Shown here: in pieces, positions 10,846 to 20,504 of the stretch
How the letters are laid out: each line of letters begins with the position of its first letter
Position numbering within the stretch: the first letter of the stretch is position 1
IMG/VR virus record: IMGVR_UViG_3300033155_001846
Span: 1 to 39,177 of that record
Length of the DNA: 39,177 bases
Origin: a virus
Taxonomy: Duplodnaviria > Caudoviricetes
Direction: 5' to 3' (one strand)
Notes under the pieces: model-generated
What the model was told of the DNA's origin: nothing
The model's input: only the letters and a program-made list of their open reading frames with translations
The model's database searches: none
Made by a program: the position numbers and the translations under genes

Positions 10846-12928
10846 TCTTAAACTCAAACCAACTTTTAGTTCGCTTAGTCGGTGCATTGCGATTATAAAT
10901 ATATCTAAATGGAATTGATTTCCCTGCTTCAAACTTGCTTTTCATTAGATATTCGCCAGTTGCATCTGCAATTAAATATTCACCCCGTGTTAATGATGGT
11001 TTTAATTTTAAATCACCTTCACGTATGGCCTGTAAAACATCCTTTGACTCCATACCCATTACGCCGCCCAACTGATCAATGTACTTATAATCCACGTTAT
11101 TAATCCAATCTTCAAAACTATCCGCATCCAATTCATTATTCGGTAACAAAAAGTTTTTGCTGTCATACTCGACGACGTTACCAACCACTGTTTTTATAGC
11201 CTCCTTAACCCAGTCTTCATCAACATATTCTTCTTCTCGCACCCCATTATCATTAGCCATCTTTGCGTAATAATCTTTGACCGCTTCGCGATATGATCGC
11301 AATTCTGTGTTTAACTTAAAAACATCGGCTAGTTGTGAATTTATTTCACTATCAGTATCTTCTGGAACCAGCTTTAAAGTTTTGTCTTCGCGTAACTTTT
11401 TCCCCGCGTCAATGTCATTAATAATCTCATTGTCGCCACGTTCAATAATATCTGCATAAACATTTAAGTTGCCTGCATATTTCTTATCAATCTGTGTAAA
11501 AATTTTGTCCCGATCTGCTTTTCCCATCACCTGATCTAACACTTCAGTAATAAATTCTGTTTTCTTTTTTATTGTTGCGTTTTTAAATTGACCTGCGAAC
11601 TGTTCAGCAACAGCATCACTTAGCGGTTGAGCGTTAACTTGGAAATTATTGCTCGCTTTTTTAGATTCTAAAACTGTGCGCGAAAAAAAATCATCATCTC
11701 CAGGCTTTGGTGCATCAGACATATTTCGATTCATCCATACACCTGTCGCGTCCTCTCGTACCTGCTTACTAATGTTTCCGCTAATCGTATTTAACTCAGC
11801 ACGCAATTTAATCGCTTCATTACCGGTTGCCGCGTCACCGATATAATCATTAATCAATCCTTCGTGTTGATCTTGTGGTAACAAAAACATTTCTGTAACA
11901 AAAGGCTCTAATTTTTCTGCACGTTTTACTTGTAGCGCAAGCCTATTCAACCCTAGCGCATCTAGTTCAGCCACCATTGACTTAACGCTTCCTACTGGCT
12001 GTGGATGTCCATTCTCTAAAGCGAAGACCATGTCGTTGCCGCGTTGGGTTGCCTCTGCTGTGTATACCTTTTGGCCACTTTTAGATCGGGCCTGCATTGA
12101 ACCCAGTTTTGAACGCAATCTGTTTTGCAAATTAATATTTTGATCTTCAGTTAATGCGCCGCCACTCCCCCTGTAATCATCCTGAGTTAGATCATCAAGC
12201 AATGCATTCATACCAGCGACGCTTTCCATCTGGATCATTTTTGCTCCGCGCCATAATTCAATACCCTGCTTATTTTCTTTTAGACGTTCAGCTATCTCAA
12301 ACTCTGAGCCATCAAAATTTTTAGCCATGTAATCGGCTGTGATAATGTCGCCAGTTTTTACCGCTTCAATTCGTTTGGCGTCAGACTGTGTGCGCACGGC
12401 TATACGCTGTTCTTTTGCGCCAGCCAGTCCCGCCTGCCTTACTGTATCCGCGTTATAAACCGAACGTGATCGAATAAAATCTTTTCTATATAATGGGTTG
12501 GTTATGCCTTCTGATTTTGCCAGCATGTCACCATTCAATTTATTATTTAATAGTTGCGAGTAGACTTCATAGGCAGGAATGGATCGTCGTGGAACTTGAA
12601 TTTCTTTTCCATCATCATCAGTGTCTGCCTCAGTCAGACGAACACTTTTATCGACACGGCCCTCCAGCTCATCAGCTGTATAGAATTGTTTAGCTCCATA
12701 TTCTTCAGTCCACTGAGCCATATCTATCCGTGAACTGGCAACCGCATTATCAAATTCTGCTCTTTCTTTTCGTTCGACAAATTCCTCGGCGACGCTGGCA
12801 ACATGCTGCGCCACATTAGTTTGCGCTTTAGCTAAACCGCTTTTTGCCGAAGCAATGCGACCTAGTGCAGCTGAACTGGCGCGCCCCATTGTTTGAACTT
12901 GCTGTGATTGGAATGCAGGTATTTTCAC
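10835..12928 (-). CDS. Internal virion (ejection) protein
   Basis: 697 aa, helical, MKIP N-terminus; position in the ejection-protein cluster. Confidence 0.7.
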   Translation of the reverse strand: MKIPAFQSQQVQTMGRASSAALGRIASAKSGLAKAQTNVAQHVASVAEEFVERKERAEFDNAVASSRIDMAQWTEEYGAKQFYTADELEGRVDKSVRLTEADTDDDGKEIQVPRRSIPAYEVYSQLLNNKLNGDMLAKSEGITNPLYRKDFIRSRSVYNADTVRQAGLAGAKEQRIAVRTQSDAKRIEAVKTGDIITADYMAKNFDGSEFEIAERLKENKQGIELWRGAKMIQMESVAGMNALLDDLTQDDYRGSGGALTEDQNINLQNRLRSKLGSMQARSKSGQKVYTAEATQRGNDMVFALENGHPQPVGSVKSMVAELDALGLNRLALQVKRAEKLEPFVTEMFLLPQDQHEGLINDYIGDAATGNEAIKLRAELNTISGNISKQVREDATGVWMNRNMSDAPKPGDDDFFSRTVLESKKASNNFQVNAQPLSDAVAEQFAGQFKNATIKKKTEFITEVLDQVMGKADRDKIFTQIDKKYAGNLNVYADIIERGDNEIINDIDAGKKLREDKTLKLVPEDTDSEINSQLADVFKLNTELRSYREAVKDYYAKMANDNGVREEEYVDEDWVKEAIKTVVGNVVEYDSKNFLLPNNELDADSFEDWINNVDYKYIDQLGGVMGMESKDVLQAIREGDLKLKPSLTRGEYLIADATGEYLMKSKFEAGKSIPFRYIYNRNAPTKRTKSWFEFKSEL

Positions 12929-13450
12929 TTATGCATCTCTTGACGTTGAGCCATAAATTTCGGAGACCCAGCCGCCGCCACTGTCCCACGTTGTTCCGCT
13001 ATCAAAAAAACCACCTCTACCCATTGCCGACACACCCCCCAACAGACCAGTAATCAAACCAGCTTGTTGTGAACGGCCTTGAATTTTTGTCGCTTGCGAT
13101 TCTAAAATAGCGGCCTGTTTGTTAAGGCGAATACGCGAAGCGCCTGCTTCCTCCATCCAGTCCATTTCTCTTGACTGTTCTGTTTCCATGTACGCTAAAT
13201 AATCAGCTGCTGAACCTGAAACTTCTGCACCACTTGCTGCGGTACGAGCCAAAGCTGAACCACGAACCTGTGCATTTTTGTTTTCTTGGCGACGCTTCAT
13301 TTCGTCTAATTCACGGCGTTCAAGCTGCTCATTTTCTTCAGCCATTAACCTTTGCTGTGCGGCTACCTTCTCAGTTTCTTTTCCTGATCGGTACTGTTGA
13401 ACACCACCAAAAAGACTACTGGCTGCCGATAAAAACCATAAAGGGTTCAC
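12929..13450 (-). CDS. Internal virion protein (T7 gp14-like)
   Basis: Hydrophobic N-terminal helix, coiled coil, AASGAEVSGS motif. Confidence 0.7.
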   Translation of the reverse strand: MNPLWFLSAASSLFGGVQQYRSGKETEKVAAQQRLMAEENEQLERRELDEMKRRQENKNAQVRGSALARTAASGAEVSGSAADYLAYMETEQSREMDWMEEAGASRIRLNKQAAILESQATKIQGRSQQAGLITGLLGGVSAMGRGGFFDSGTTWDSGGGWVSEIYGSTSRDA

Positions 13451-14251
13451 TTAACCACCCCACATATCTGCATCACTCTGACGTCGCCGAGCATCATCTA
13501 ATTCTAATTGCATGATCTTTTCGCCAAACGCTGTGTTTGCTCGCTGAATCTTGTCCGACATAGATGATTCAAAAGCCAGCTTGTCTTCATCTGAACCAAA
13601 ACGGTACTTAGTGTATCCCTCAATGTCCGGCCTTAATGATTGTTGATAAGCGAGATAAGCTTCCTTCCCGCCACGTAAATTGCCTGAGTATGTTCGTAAT
13701 TCGCTGGCCTGCTCTTCAGTAAAATAGCTTTCACCAGATGCTCCCTCAGTCTGGATAGAAAAAACGTCTGCCGTTTCGTCCATATCGGATCTTAACGTGC
13801 TTCTTTCAACATTAAGCCCACCTATACGCTCAAAATCCTGTTCAATATATTGATAGGCCTCACTGTTATAAAACTTATCTTCCTGAAGCTGGATTTCTTC
13901 CATTGATATATCACGACCACGCGCAACAGCTCCTTGTCTTTGTAGCCAGTCGCTGCCTTCAAAAGATCCGCCACTAGCCGCCATTCTCGCTCGCTCGCTG
14001 GCGAGGTTACGTGAGAACGTTTGACTTATCTGTTCGCGCTGTTCACGAATATCTCTAAATTCAGTTGCACCAATATCGTATGACTGTGTTGTGGATTCCG
14101 TTAGAATTCGCGCTTCTTCACGGCGACGTTTTTTACTCTCGCTACGGCCAAATAATGAGCCGGCAATACCACCAACAACTGCCCCAACGGGGCCGAACAT
14201 TGCACCGGCTGAAGCACCTGTCAAAAAACCTGATGTTTGCTCACTTGCCAT
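13451..14251 (-). CDS. Internal virion protein with glycine-zipper N-terminus
   Basis: GASAGAMFGPVGAVVGGIAGSLFG; ARMAASGG motif resembling the next gene. Confidence 0.7.
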   Translation of the reverse strand: MASEQTSGFLTGASAGAMFGPVGAVVGGIAGSLFGRSESKKRRREEARILTESTTQSYDIGATEFRDIREQREQISQTFSRNLASERARMAASGGSFEGSDWLQRQGAVARGRDISMEEIQLQEDKFYNSEAYQYIEQDFERIGGLNVERSTLRSDMDETADVFSIQTEGASGESYFTEEQASELRTYSGNLRGGKEAYLAYQQSLRPDIEGYTKYRFGSDEDKLAFESSMSDKIQRANTAFGEKIMQLELDDARRRQSDADMWGG

Positions 14252-16767
14252 TACAAATTTTCCACTCCCATTTCGCCGTAGATTGACAACACATTCATTG
14301 CGACCGGTAAGTTTTCTTCAATAGTGACCTGACCAAAATCATCCCAACCTAAACTTACAGTTTTAAAATGTTTTGATGCGTTAGGTTCCACGGTGTCCAT
14401 TGGTGTTGAAGGCGTTCTGTCGGGTGGACGAACGCCGTTAATAATTGGCATTTTAGAATCCAGCATCAAGGCATATACCTGATTCCATCTTTTTTTCCAT
14501 GATCGGATTTGACTTTTTTGAACGTCAGGGGGGAGCGTTTTAATTTTTGATGTGTAATCCAGCCCCGCATATAATTGATTACCGGTTCGCTGTGTTGTGA
14601 TCTGACCACCAATGACTAACTGCAAAGGCTCTACTGCACCATCCACCAATGACCTAACTTCTAGTCCTTCCAAATGATCTAAACCAGTTATAGTATCGGT
14701 ACCACCAGCATCAAACACACCGACATAAGAATCTAAATATTCTCGGCCACCGGAATTCAGTTCGATATCAATTTTACCTGGAGTTCGCTGACCGACGACG
14801 ACAATTTCACTAATGCCACTATCTCGTCCGGTGGAAACATCCTTTATATCCATACCGGCGATTTGATGTCGCGTCCACGCAATTGTTCCGGCTGTCCGTG
14901 CGTATGTCATGATAGCTAATGTGCCATCTTCCATTACTAAGACGAATAAATTATCTGGATGCTGCGCCCAGCATGAGTGGATTGCGATGGGGGCGGTTAC
15001 GTGTTCTGATATATATGTTAAATCCTGAGACAGCCAATTATTTTCGTTAAACTCATACGCCATTGCTCTTAATTTTCTGCCGTCGGGGGTTAAATAAAAA
15101 ATCTTTTCTCCAACCTGAACACCGCGCATATTGTTTGAGCCAAATGAGCTTTGTTGTTCCACGTGAAAATCATTCCATGTAATTACGCCGCCAGCTGACG
15201 TGATAATGTGTTCGCCATTCTCCGCCCCCACCAGTAAGTTCTTTGTCCCCAATAACCATTCAATGCGACCAAACTCCCTTAAGGTTATTGTTACTCGCGT
15301 TGCATCTGTCGGCGCATTAGGATCAAGATTGTCATCAACATTGCTAAAATCCTCATCACTACCTGAAACAGACCCCCACATTGTTTGTCTTTGATCGGGA
15401 GTGGCGGCAAGCCAAAGCCTGCCTTCATAATGCGTACCAGTTGCTGGCCAATTAGTATCTGTCCATTCTGCTGGTGGATTGGAAAACGTCACATTGGTTA
15501 AGGGCGTAAACGTATCGCTAGTATGGCTGTATGCTAGTTTTTGAGGCTGAAGGTTCGGATGCACGAAATACAACGTCCTCCCAGTAGGAGATTCGATCAT
15601 GTGTATCTCATCTAACTGATCCTCACTCCACGTCGCATCCATAAACTCACCTAAACCGGCTGCGGCTGAAGTGGTTGCTGTCCCGATAAAAGTGACCCTC
15701 GCTGTTAACGTGTTCTCTGATTCGGCCCTTACCGTGACAAAAAATGTTGCGTTATTAGGGACAAACGGGAATATTATTTCATGATCTGTAGAGATAACCG
15801 AAGCAATATCGACCGCGCCCTGAGTCGTACCAATATTAATGATTAACTTTTCAGTGTTTTGTTGTGCAACGACAACCGTATGCTCGTCAGTCGGCAGCGC
15901 AATCACCGTCGCCTCTTGAGATATTTCGACAAAGTTGGTTGTAACTTCTTCGATTTTTACTGAATCTAAAACAATGGCAGAATTAGGATTAATGCAATCC
16001 AGCGTTATCCAGAAACCTGCTGCAGCTGGCGTAAATAACAATTCATCACTCATTGCTAACGTGATATCTAAATAAGTGCCATCGCCTTCGGTTACGCCAA
16101 TTTTTACATCGAGAAAATTGCCCAAGAACTCACCACTAATGATAATGCGATATTGAACCGCTGCGGTGGGGACTGATAGTAGTTGAGCAACACCTGCGTA
16201 CTCAACACCAACTGGACGAGGAATAAGAGTTACCGTCCCGTCAGCAAATGTCACACTAGATAACACATGTGATTTTCGTATCGTCCAACCTAAACCATCA
16301 AAAGTGAAATCGGGATTTAAGACATGGTTAATATTGAGTGGTTCTGGCTCTAAATCAACATGACCAATAACGAAACTCGCGGTTGATGAGATAGGGTTAT
16401 TACTAACGAGCCAATCATCACCTGCGTTGGCAAAACTACCATTTAATAAGAGATTGTCTCCTAAAAAACTAGCCCCAGCGGCAATAATTAATAGTTTGCC
16501 TTGAGCTAAAACAATATCGTAATAGGCAATTAAGGTGTAGTAGCGTTGGCGTGAAACCTGAAGAGAAAAAGCGCGAGCATTATTACCATCGACCTGACCA
16601 AAGTGTTCTAGACCTCGACGACGAAAAGCGCCGCCACGTTTATCAATAAGGACATTCTCTGCAACAGCCAACCCCTTCTGGTAAACGTCGTCTTCAGATC
16701 GACCAAAGTAACGCGGAGAGATCTCGCCAGCTTGAAAAGATGACTCTCGTTTTTGCAATTTACCCAT
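14251..16767 (-). CDS. Tail tubular protein B / nozzle with CBM-like insertion
   Basis: SFQAGEISPRYFGR, GGAFRRRG, WPATGTHYEGRLW and SQDLTYISEH motifs; start revised to ATG 16767 (MGKLQK). Confidence 0.88.
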   Translation of the reverse strand: MGKLQKRESSFQAGEISPRYFGRSEDDVYQKGLAVAENVLIDKRGGAFRRRGLEHFGQVDGNNARAFSLQVSRQRYYTLIAYYDIVLAQGKLLIIAAGASFLGDNLLLNGSFANAGDDWLVSNNPISSTASFVIGHVDLEPEPLNINHVLNPDFTFDGLGWTIRKSHVLSSVTFADGTVTLIPRPVGVEYAGVAQLLSVPTAAVQYRIIISGEFLGNFLDVKIGVTEGDGTYLDITLAMSDELLFTPAAAGFWITLDCINPNSAIVLDSVKIEEVTTNFVEISQEATVIALPTDEHTVVVAQQNTEKLIINIGTTQGAVDIASVISTDHEIIFPFVPNNATFFVTVRAESENTLTARVTFIGTATTSAAAGLGEFMDATWSEDQLDEIHMIESPTGRTLYFVHPNLQPQKLAYSHTSDTFTPLTNVTFSNPPAEWTDTNWPATGTHYEGRLWLAATPDQRQTMWGSVSGSDEDFSNVDDNLDPNAPTDATRVTITLREFGRIEWLLGTKNLLVGAENGEHIITSAGGVITWNDFHVEQQSSFGSNNMRGVQVGEKIFYLTPDGRKLRAMAYEFNENNWLSQDLTYISEHVTAPIAIHSCWAQHPDNLFVLVMEDGTLAIMTYARTAGTIAWTRHQIAGMDIKDVSTGRDSGISEIVVVGQRTPGKIDIELNSGGREYLDSYVGVFDAGGTDTITGLDHLEGLEVRSLVDGAVEPLQLVIGGQITTQRTGNQLYAGLDYTSKIKTLPPDVQKSQIRSWKKRWNQVYALMLDSKMPIINGVRPPDRTPSTPMDTVEPNASKHFKTVSLGWDDFGQVTIEENLPVAMNVLSIYGEMGVENL

Positions 16768-16768
16768 A

Positions 16769-17401
16769 TCATCTAACCACCGTAAAAGCATCGGAACGAG
16801 TATTGAATGATCGTCCCTGCATACCATCTGACGCGGCAGCAAGTTTTATTTTATCCGCATACATTCCAGCCATGTCTTTTTGTAATGAGCGGCTATTTGT
16901 TATGGGGATGGCCAAGTCCATTGCCATTCTGGCTGCCAGCGCCTGATCGAATGCGGGACTAAATTTATTTGTATCTACGACCTGAATCAAACAGCGCATA
17001 AAAATACGTGCTGCATTATTTGCTAGAATATGATCGCCTTCACGCGACCAATCAATACGGGTTTCGCGCCCCATTCCTGTTCCGCCGCGAGCAGTAGAAC
17101 GAAAAGAATTCTCTTCATGTCCTGGTTCGCCACCTAGTGAAACCTGTAATACACGAATAACCTCTGGTGGTATTTGAAATGCTTTACTGTATCCGTAGAT
17201 AGGCGTATCAACTAACTCGACTGGTTCTAAACGCTTAACAGCAAATGTCCACTCTCTTTCTTCCAGAACAGCATCACGCAACAGCGCATAATTAGCCTTA
17301 CATAATTTTGCTTCTACGCTGTTATCGTTTAACGATATGATTAAATCAGCACCCAACCAACCTAGTGCTAAATTGCATATCTCAACCGGAGAGATAGCCA
17401 T
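16769..17401 (-). CDS. Tail tubular protein A / adaptor
   Basis: SPVEICNLALGWLG...EAKLCKANY..LRDAVLEEREWTFAVKR. Confidence 0.88.
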   Translation of the reverse strand: MAISPVEICNLALGWLGADLIISLNDNSVEAKLCKANYALLRDAVLEEREWTFAVKRLEPVELVDTPIYGYSKAFQIPPEVIRVLQVSLGGEPGHEENSFRSTARGGTGMGRETRIDWSREGDHILANNAARIFMRCLIQVVDTNKFSPAFDQALAARMAMDLAIPITNSRSLQKDMAGMYADKIKLAAASDGMQGRSFNTRSDAFTVVR

Positions 17402-17404
17402 AAG

Positions 17405-17587
17405 TTAACTCAACTCTTCTGCTTTTTTTTCCAGCTTTTCGCGGGTTTTTTTTGTTTTAACTTTAGGACAAAAAGATTTTACTCGTTCAACCGGTAATCC
17501 GAATTGCGCCGCTACTTCTTCTGGCGTACTACCAGCTGCAACCATATTGCGAATTTTAACTGACTGACCTAATGTAATTTTTTTCAT
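17405..17587 (-). CDS. Small basic HTH-like hypothetical protein
   Basis: GSTPEEVAAQFGLPVERVKS; tightly packed in the operon. Confidence 0.55.
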   Translation of the reverse strand: MKKITLGQSVKIRNMVAAGSTPEEVAAQFGLPVERVKSFCPKVKTKKTREKLEKKAEELS

Positions 17588-17589
17588 AT

Positions 17590-17892
17590 TTACGCGTCCA
17601 CTAATGGTGCAACAACTAAGCCGCGAGTTGGTGTGTGGTAAACACCTGAATCCGCTGTAAGCGTGACGCCGATATCAATTACAAAAGCCGCATCTTGCGC
17701 AGCAACAACAACTGTTCCGGTTGTTGGTGTGATGGTGTAAACCAGCTCACTGCCTCCAGGTACATCTGCCTGTAGTCCAGTTTCAATCGTTCGGGTAATA
17801 CAACGGGTATAAGTAATAAAAATTACACCATCTATTGTAATAACAGCAAGATCATCTCCCGCTGTATACTCAGGTAAGTCTACCAATGCCAT
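17590..17892 (-). CDS. Hypothetical protein (possible head decoration)
   Basis: AGGAG RBS; beta-rich; located after the capsid gene. Confidence 0.6.
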   Translation of the reverse strand: MALVDLPEYTAGDDLAVITIDGVIFITYTRCITRTIETGLQADVPGGSELVYTITPTTGTVVVAAQDAAFVIDIGVTLTADSGVYHTPTRGLVVAPLVDA

Positions 17893-17901
17893 GATGTTCT
17901 C

Positions 17902-18333
17902 CTATGGTGTTGCGACTAGACCGCTTTCACGCATCCAATCAATCAACATATTAAAAGCGTTATCAATAATGTTTGTGCTGCCATCATTACTCGTCACAAT
18001 TGTCGTGCCGACACCGATTAAAATATCGTTAGCAGACACGTCAAGAATGTTTACGGTTTGAGTAATGTTATTAACACTGTCAATATCAGCGAATGTATAA
18101 ATAGACGCACCGGTTGCGGATAATTGATTATTGTCGCGCATGTGTGTTGCGAGTGTTCGCAGGCCATTTAAAATTTCATTGTGACGATTAAGGTTAACTG
18201 TTGCTCCGATGACACAAATAATCGCATCGTCATCGGGAGCCAGTACTGTATCTGTCTGAACAACTAATAATTTGTCGCCTGTGTTGTTAGGTAAGACAGT
18301 CATCTCATATTGTTCTGCCATGATGAACTCCAA
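17902..18333 (-). CDS. Hypothetical protein (possible capsid cement protein)
   Basis: Directly after MCP; true start probably MAEQYE after the GGAG RBS; two weakly similar internal halves. Confidence 0.6.
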   Translation of the reverse strand: MEFIMAEQYEMTVLPNNTGDKLLVVQTDTVLAPDDDAIICVIGATVNLNRHNEILNGLRTLATHMRDNNQLSATGASIYTFADIDSVNNITQTVNILDVSANDILIGVGTTIVTSNDGSTNIIDNAFNMLIDWMRESGLVATP

Positions 18334-18357
18334 TTAAGCCGTCCGTGGCCATTATGA

Positions 18358-19236
18358 TTAGATTGTGTCGGCGAACTTGCCCCAAACGATATGCTCATCT
18401 TCCACACGAACTGCACCGAATGTTGACTCACAGTAAATTCTCCACGCAAATGAAACGCTTGGATCTTCCTGAACGCGAACCAACATATCTTTATTCACTT
18501 GAAGACCTAAAGCGCGCTTAGTCATGGCAAAACAGTCAAGTTGATCAACTGAAGGAACATTAAGGCGGGTAGAATAAATCCACGTAAAACCTAACCAGTT
18601 GGGTGCAATGCCATACTGTTGTAACTGCTGAAGGCGAACGTAATCTGATGATGTATTCTCGGTCAACTGCATGAGCTTACGAACCTGCTTAGGCCCAACA
18701 ACAAAAACTTTCGGCTCACTCGGGTCGATATCATTATTCATGAATCGTTCTTGAACTTCTGTTACCGCGTCAAAAGTGATGCCGGTTGTATAATCACCGA
18801 CTACCTGATTACCTGCGTTTACAACAGCAAGATCATAAGTCGTTACACCATCACCATCCAATGCGAGACCCGTTGCAGCGGTAATGATTTCATCATCCCA
18901 CGCACGGCGCATCGACATCGCTAATGACATAGCTAAATTACTATTAGGATCGACCAACATCTGAACGATATCTTCGCTCTCAGTTGAATCGGCGTTGTGA
19001 TATGTTTTTGCAACAGATAATCGACGAGACCAAGGCGTGTCAGCAACGGGTGTTGCGACTAAACGACCTGATTTGAGACTCGCGTCACTAGACCCCAAAC
19101 GCTCCCACGCATGATCCTTGCCATTAGTGCCACGCTCCATAAGATGTGGACGGAGTTTTGTTTCGCTTTGCTGCGCCAAGTGACGCAAGGTATTCTCGAA
19201 CGTCGATATATATACATTATCAACAGTATTAGCCAT
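18358..19236 (-). CDS. Major capsid protein
   Basis: LAQQSETKLR, DTPWSRR, MRRAWDDEII and GAVRVEDEHIV motifs; AGGAG RBS; follows the scaffold gene. Confidence 0.88.
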   Translation of the reverse strand: MANTVDNVYISTFENTLRHLAQQSETKLRPHLMERGTNGKDHAWERLGSSDASLKSGRLVATPVADTPWSRRLSVAKTYHNADSTESEDIVQMLVDPNSNLAMSLAMSMRRAWDDEIITAATGLALDGDGVTTYDLAVVNAGNQVVGDYTTGITFDAVTEVQERFMNNDIDPSEPKVFVVGPKQVRKLMQLTENTSSDYVRLQQLQQYGIAPNWLGFTWIYSTRLNVPSVDQLDCFAMTKRALGLQVNKDMLVRVQEDPSVSFAWRIYCESTFGAVRVEDEHIVWGKFADTI

Positions 19237-19371
19237 GATCGGCTCCTATATTACTTAGAAATAAAATTTCGTCGTAAGATAGGCACCAATCGCGGCGGTC
19301 TTTTTCGGCTTACTGATTGCTGTCAGTCGCAGTATTTTGTGGGTCTAATAAACAGATGAGGCCACCGACAA

Positions 19372-19400
19372 TATATAACACTGGCGTTATTTTTTGTCAA
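19372..19400 (-). promoter_or_regulatory. Putative sigma70 promoter for the capsid gene
   Basis: TTGACA-17 bp-TATATA with TG extension. Confidence 0.5.
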
Positions 19401-19404
19401 CTTG

Positions 19405-20271
19405 TTAAGTATCAAGCGAGGCCCTGAAGGCATCTGTTTCGTTTTTTTTGCGTCCAACTTCGGCATACTTATGTAACTCAAAATTACGTTTCACTGCCGC
19501 GTCATGATCAGGGTGACTGTTATTTAATAACGGGCCATCTTTATCGGCCCACAGTTCAGCTATACGAAGTGTAGCTTCACTTGGCGTCATAACTGATGAC
19601 TGATCATTTGGCTGTCTACCAATATTGACACCTTCCCCCTCAAACCCCTTAAGCACTTTGTCTAACGCTTTCATGTCATCAAGATTCAGTTGGCCGCTTT
19701 CAACAGCGGTCACAAAGTCCTCACTAAAACCGGTTTGTTTTACGAAGTGACCAAGACTAGAAACCTTCTCGTTATAAGTTCCACCCCATTCATCTTTTAA
19801 ACGATTAACATGTTGATCCCGACTTCCAGCGGCCAGATCTAATTTGCCCTCATAATCGCTCGTAATCGCATCAGCAATCCCCTTCATTTGATCTTGCGTT
19901 ACGCCTAGGTCGTGAGCCTTCCCCGTCAAGGCGGTCATGCTCTCTTTTATCTGGTCAGGAACAGACCCCAGATCATAATCAGCTGAATTTTTTGGACGCC
20001 CCAGTCTATTCCAGACGTCATCCCATGCTTCGTCGGGATTTGGTTTTGCTATTAGGTTTGGTAGTTTTGCCATTAACTCAGTATTGAACTTATTACGATC
20101 ATCAACTGATGCGTCGGTACTGGGAAGACGAATTGCGGTACTCCTAAAATTACGTCCATCAATAGCAATTTTGGCCAGTGTCTCAATGTTTTTTACATTT
20201 TCCAGTACACCGCTTGACTGCATCTCAACGGGCAACTCGCTGCGCCAGTCTTCAGGTAGTTCTAAACTCAT
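19405..20271 (-). CDS. Capsid scaffolding protein
   Basis: DWRSELP, WNRLGRP, LKDEWG and HPDHDAAV motifs; lies between portal and MCP. Confidence 0.8.
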   Translation of the reverse strand: MSLELPEDWRSELPVEMQSSGVLENVKNIETLAKIAIDGRNFRSTAIRLPSTDASVDDRNKFNTELMAKLPNLIAKPNPDEAWDDVWNRLGRPKNSADYDLGSVPDQIKESMTALTGKAHDLGVTQDQMKGIADAITSDYEGKLDLAAGSRDQHVNRLKDEWGGTYNEKVSSLGHFVKQTGFSEDFVTAVESGQLNLDDMKALDKVLKGFEGEGVNIGRQPNDQSSVMTPSEATLRIAELWADKDGPLLNNSHPDHDAAVKRNFELHKYAEVGRKKNETDAFRASLDT

Positions 20272-20504
20272 AATTGTTTTCCTTCTGTTCGCCAGTTGGC
20301 GAGTTGTCTTAAGTAAGCGACTACATCCCGTCGCCCCAGGTTGTAGTAGGTTTCGTGTGAGTCGCCGCCCAATAATTCACCGTCGTAAAATTCTTCTTCC
20401 AGAATACGGATGATTTCTTTTCCCGCTTCTGATTGCATAAAACCTGACACCAAACTCTGCTTATGCGCGAGTCTGGCTTTTATTTTGTCGATGCCCTGAC
20501 TCAC
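20268..20504 (-). CDS. Bbp19-like small head-module protein
   Basis: F.SEAGKEII..L...YYNLGRRDVV; directly after the portal gene. Confidence 0.7.
   Translation of the reverse strand: MSQGIDKIKARLAHKQSLVSGFMQSEAGKEIIRILEEEFYDGELLGGDSHETYYNLGRRDVVAYLRQLANWRTEGKQL

Noticed and set aside
19290-19365. Hammerhead ribozyme in the capsid leader
   Set aside because: No intact CUGANGA plus GAAA core on either strand.
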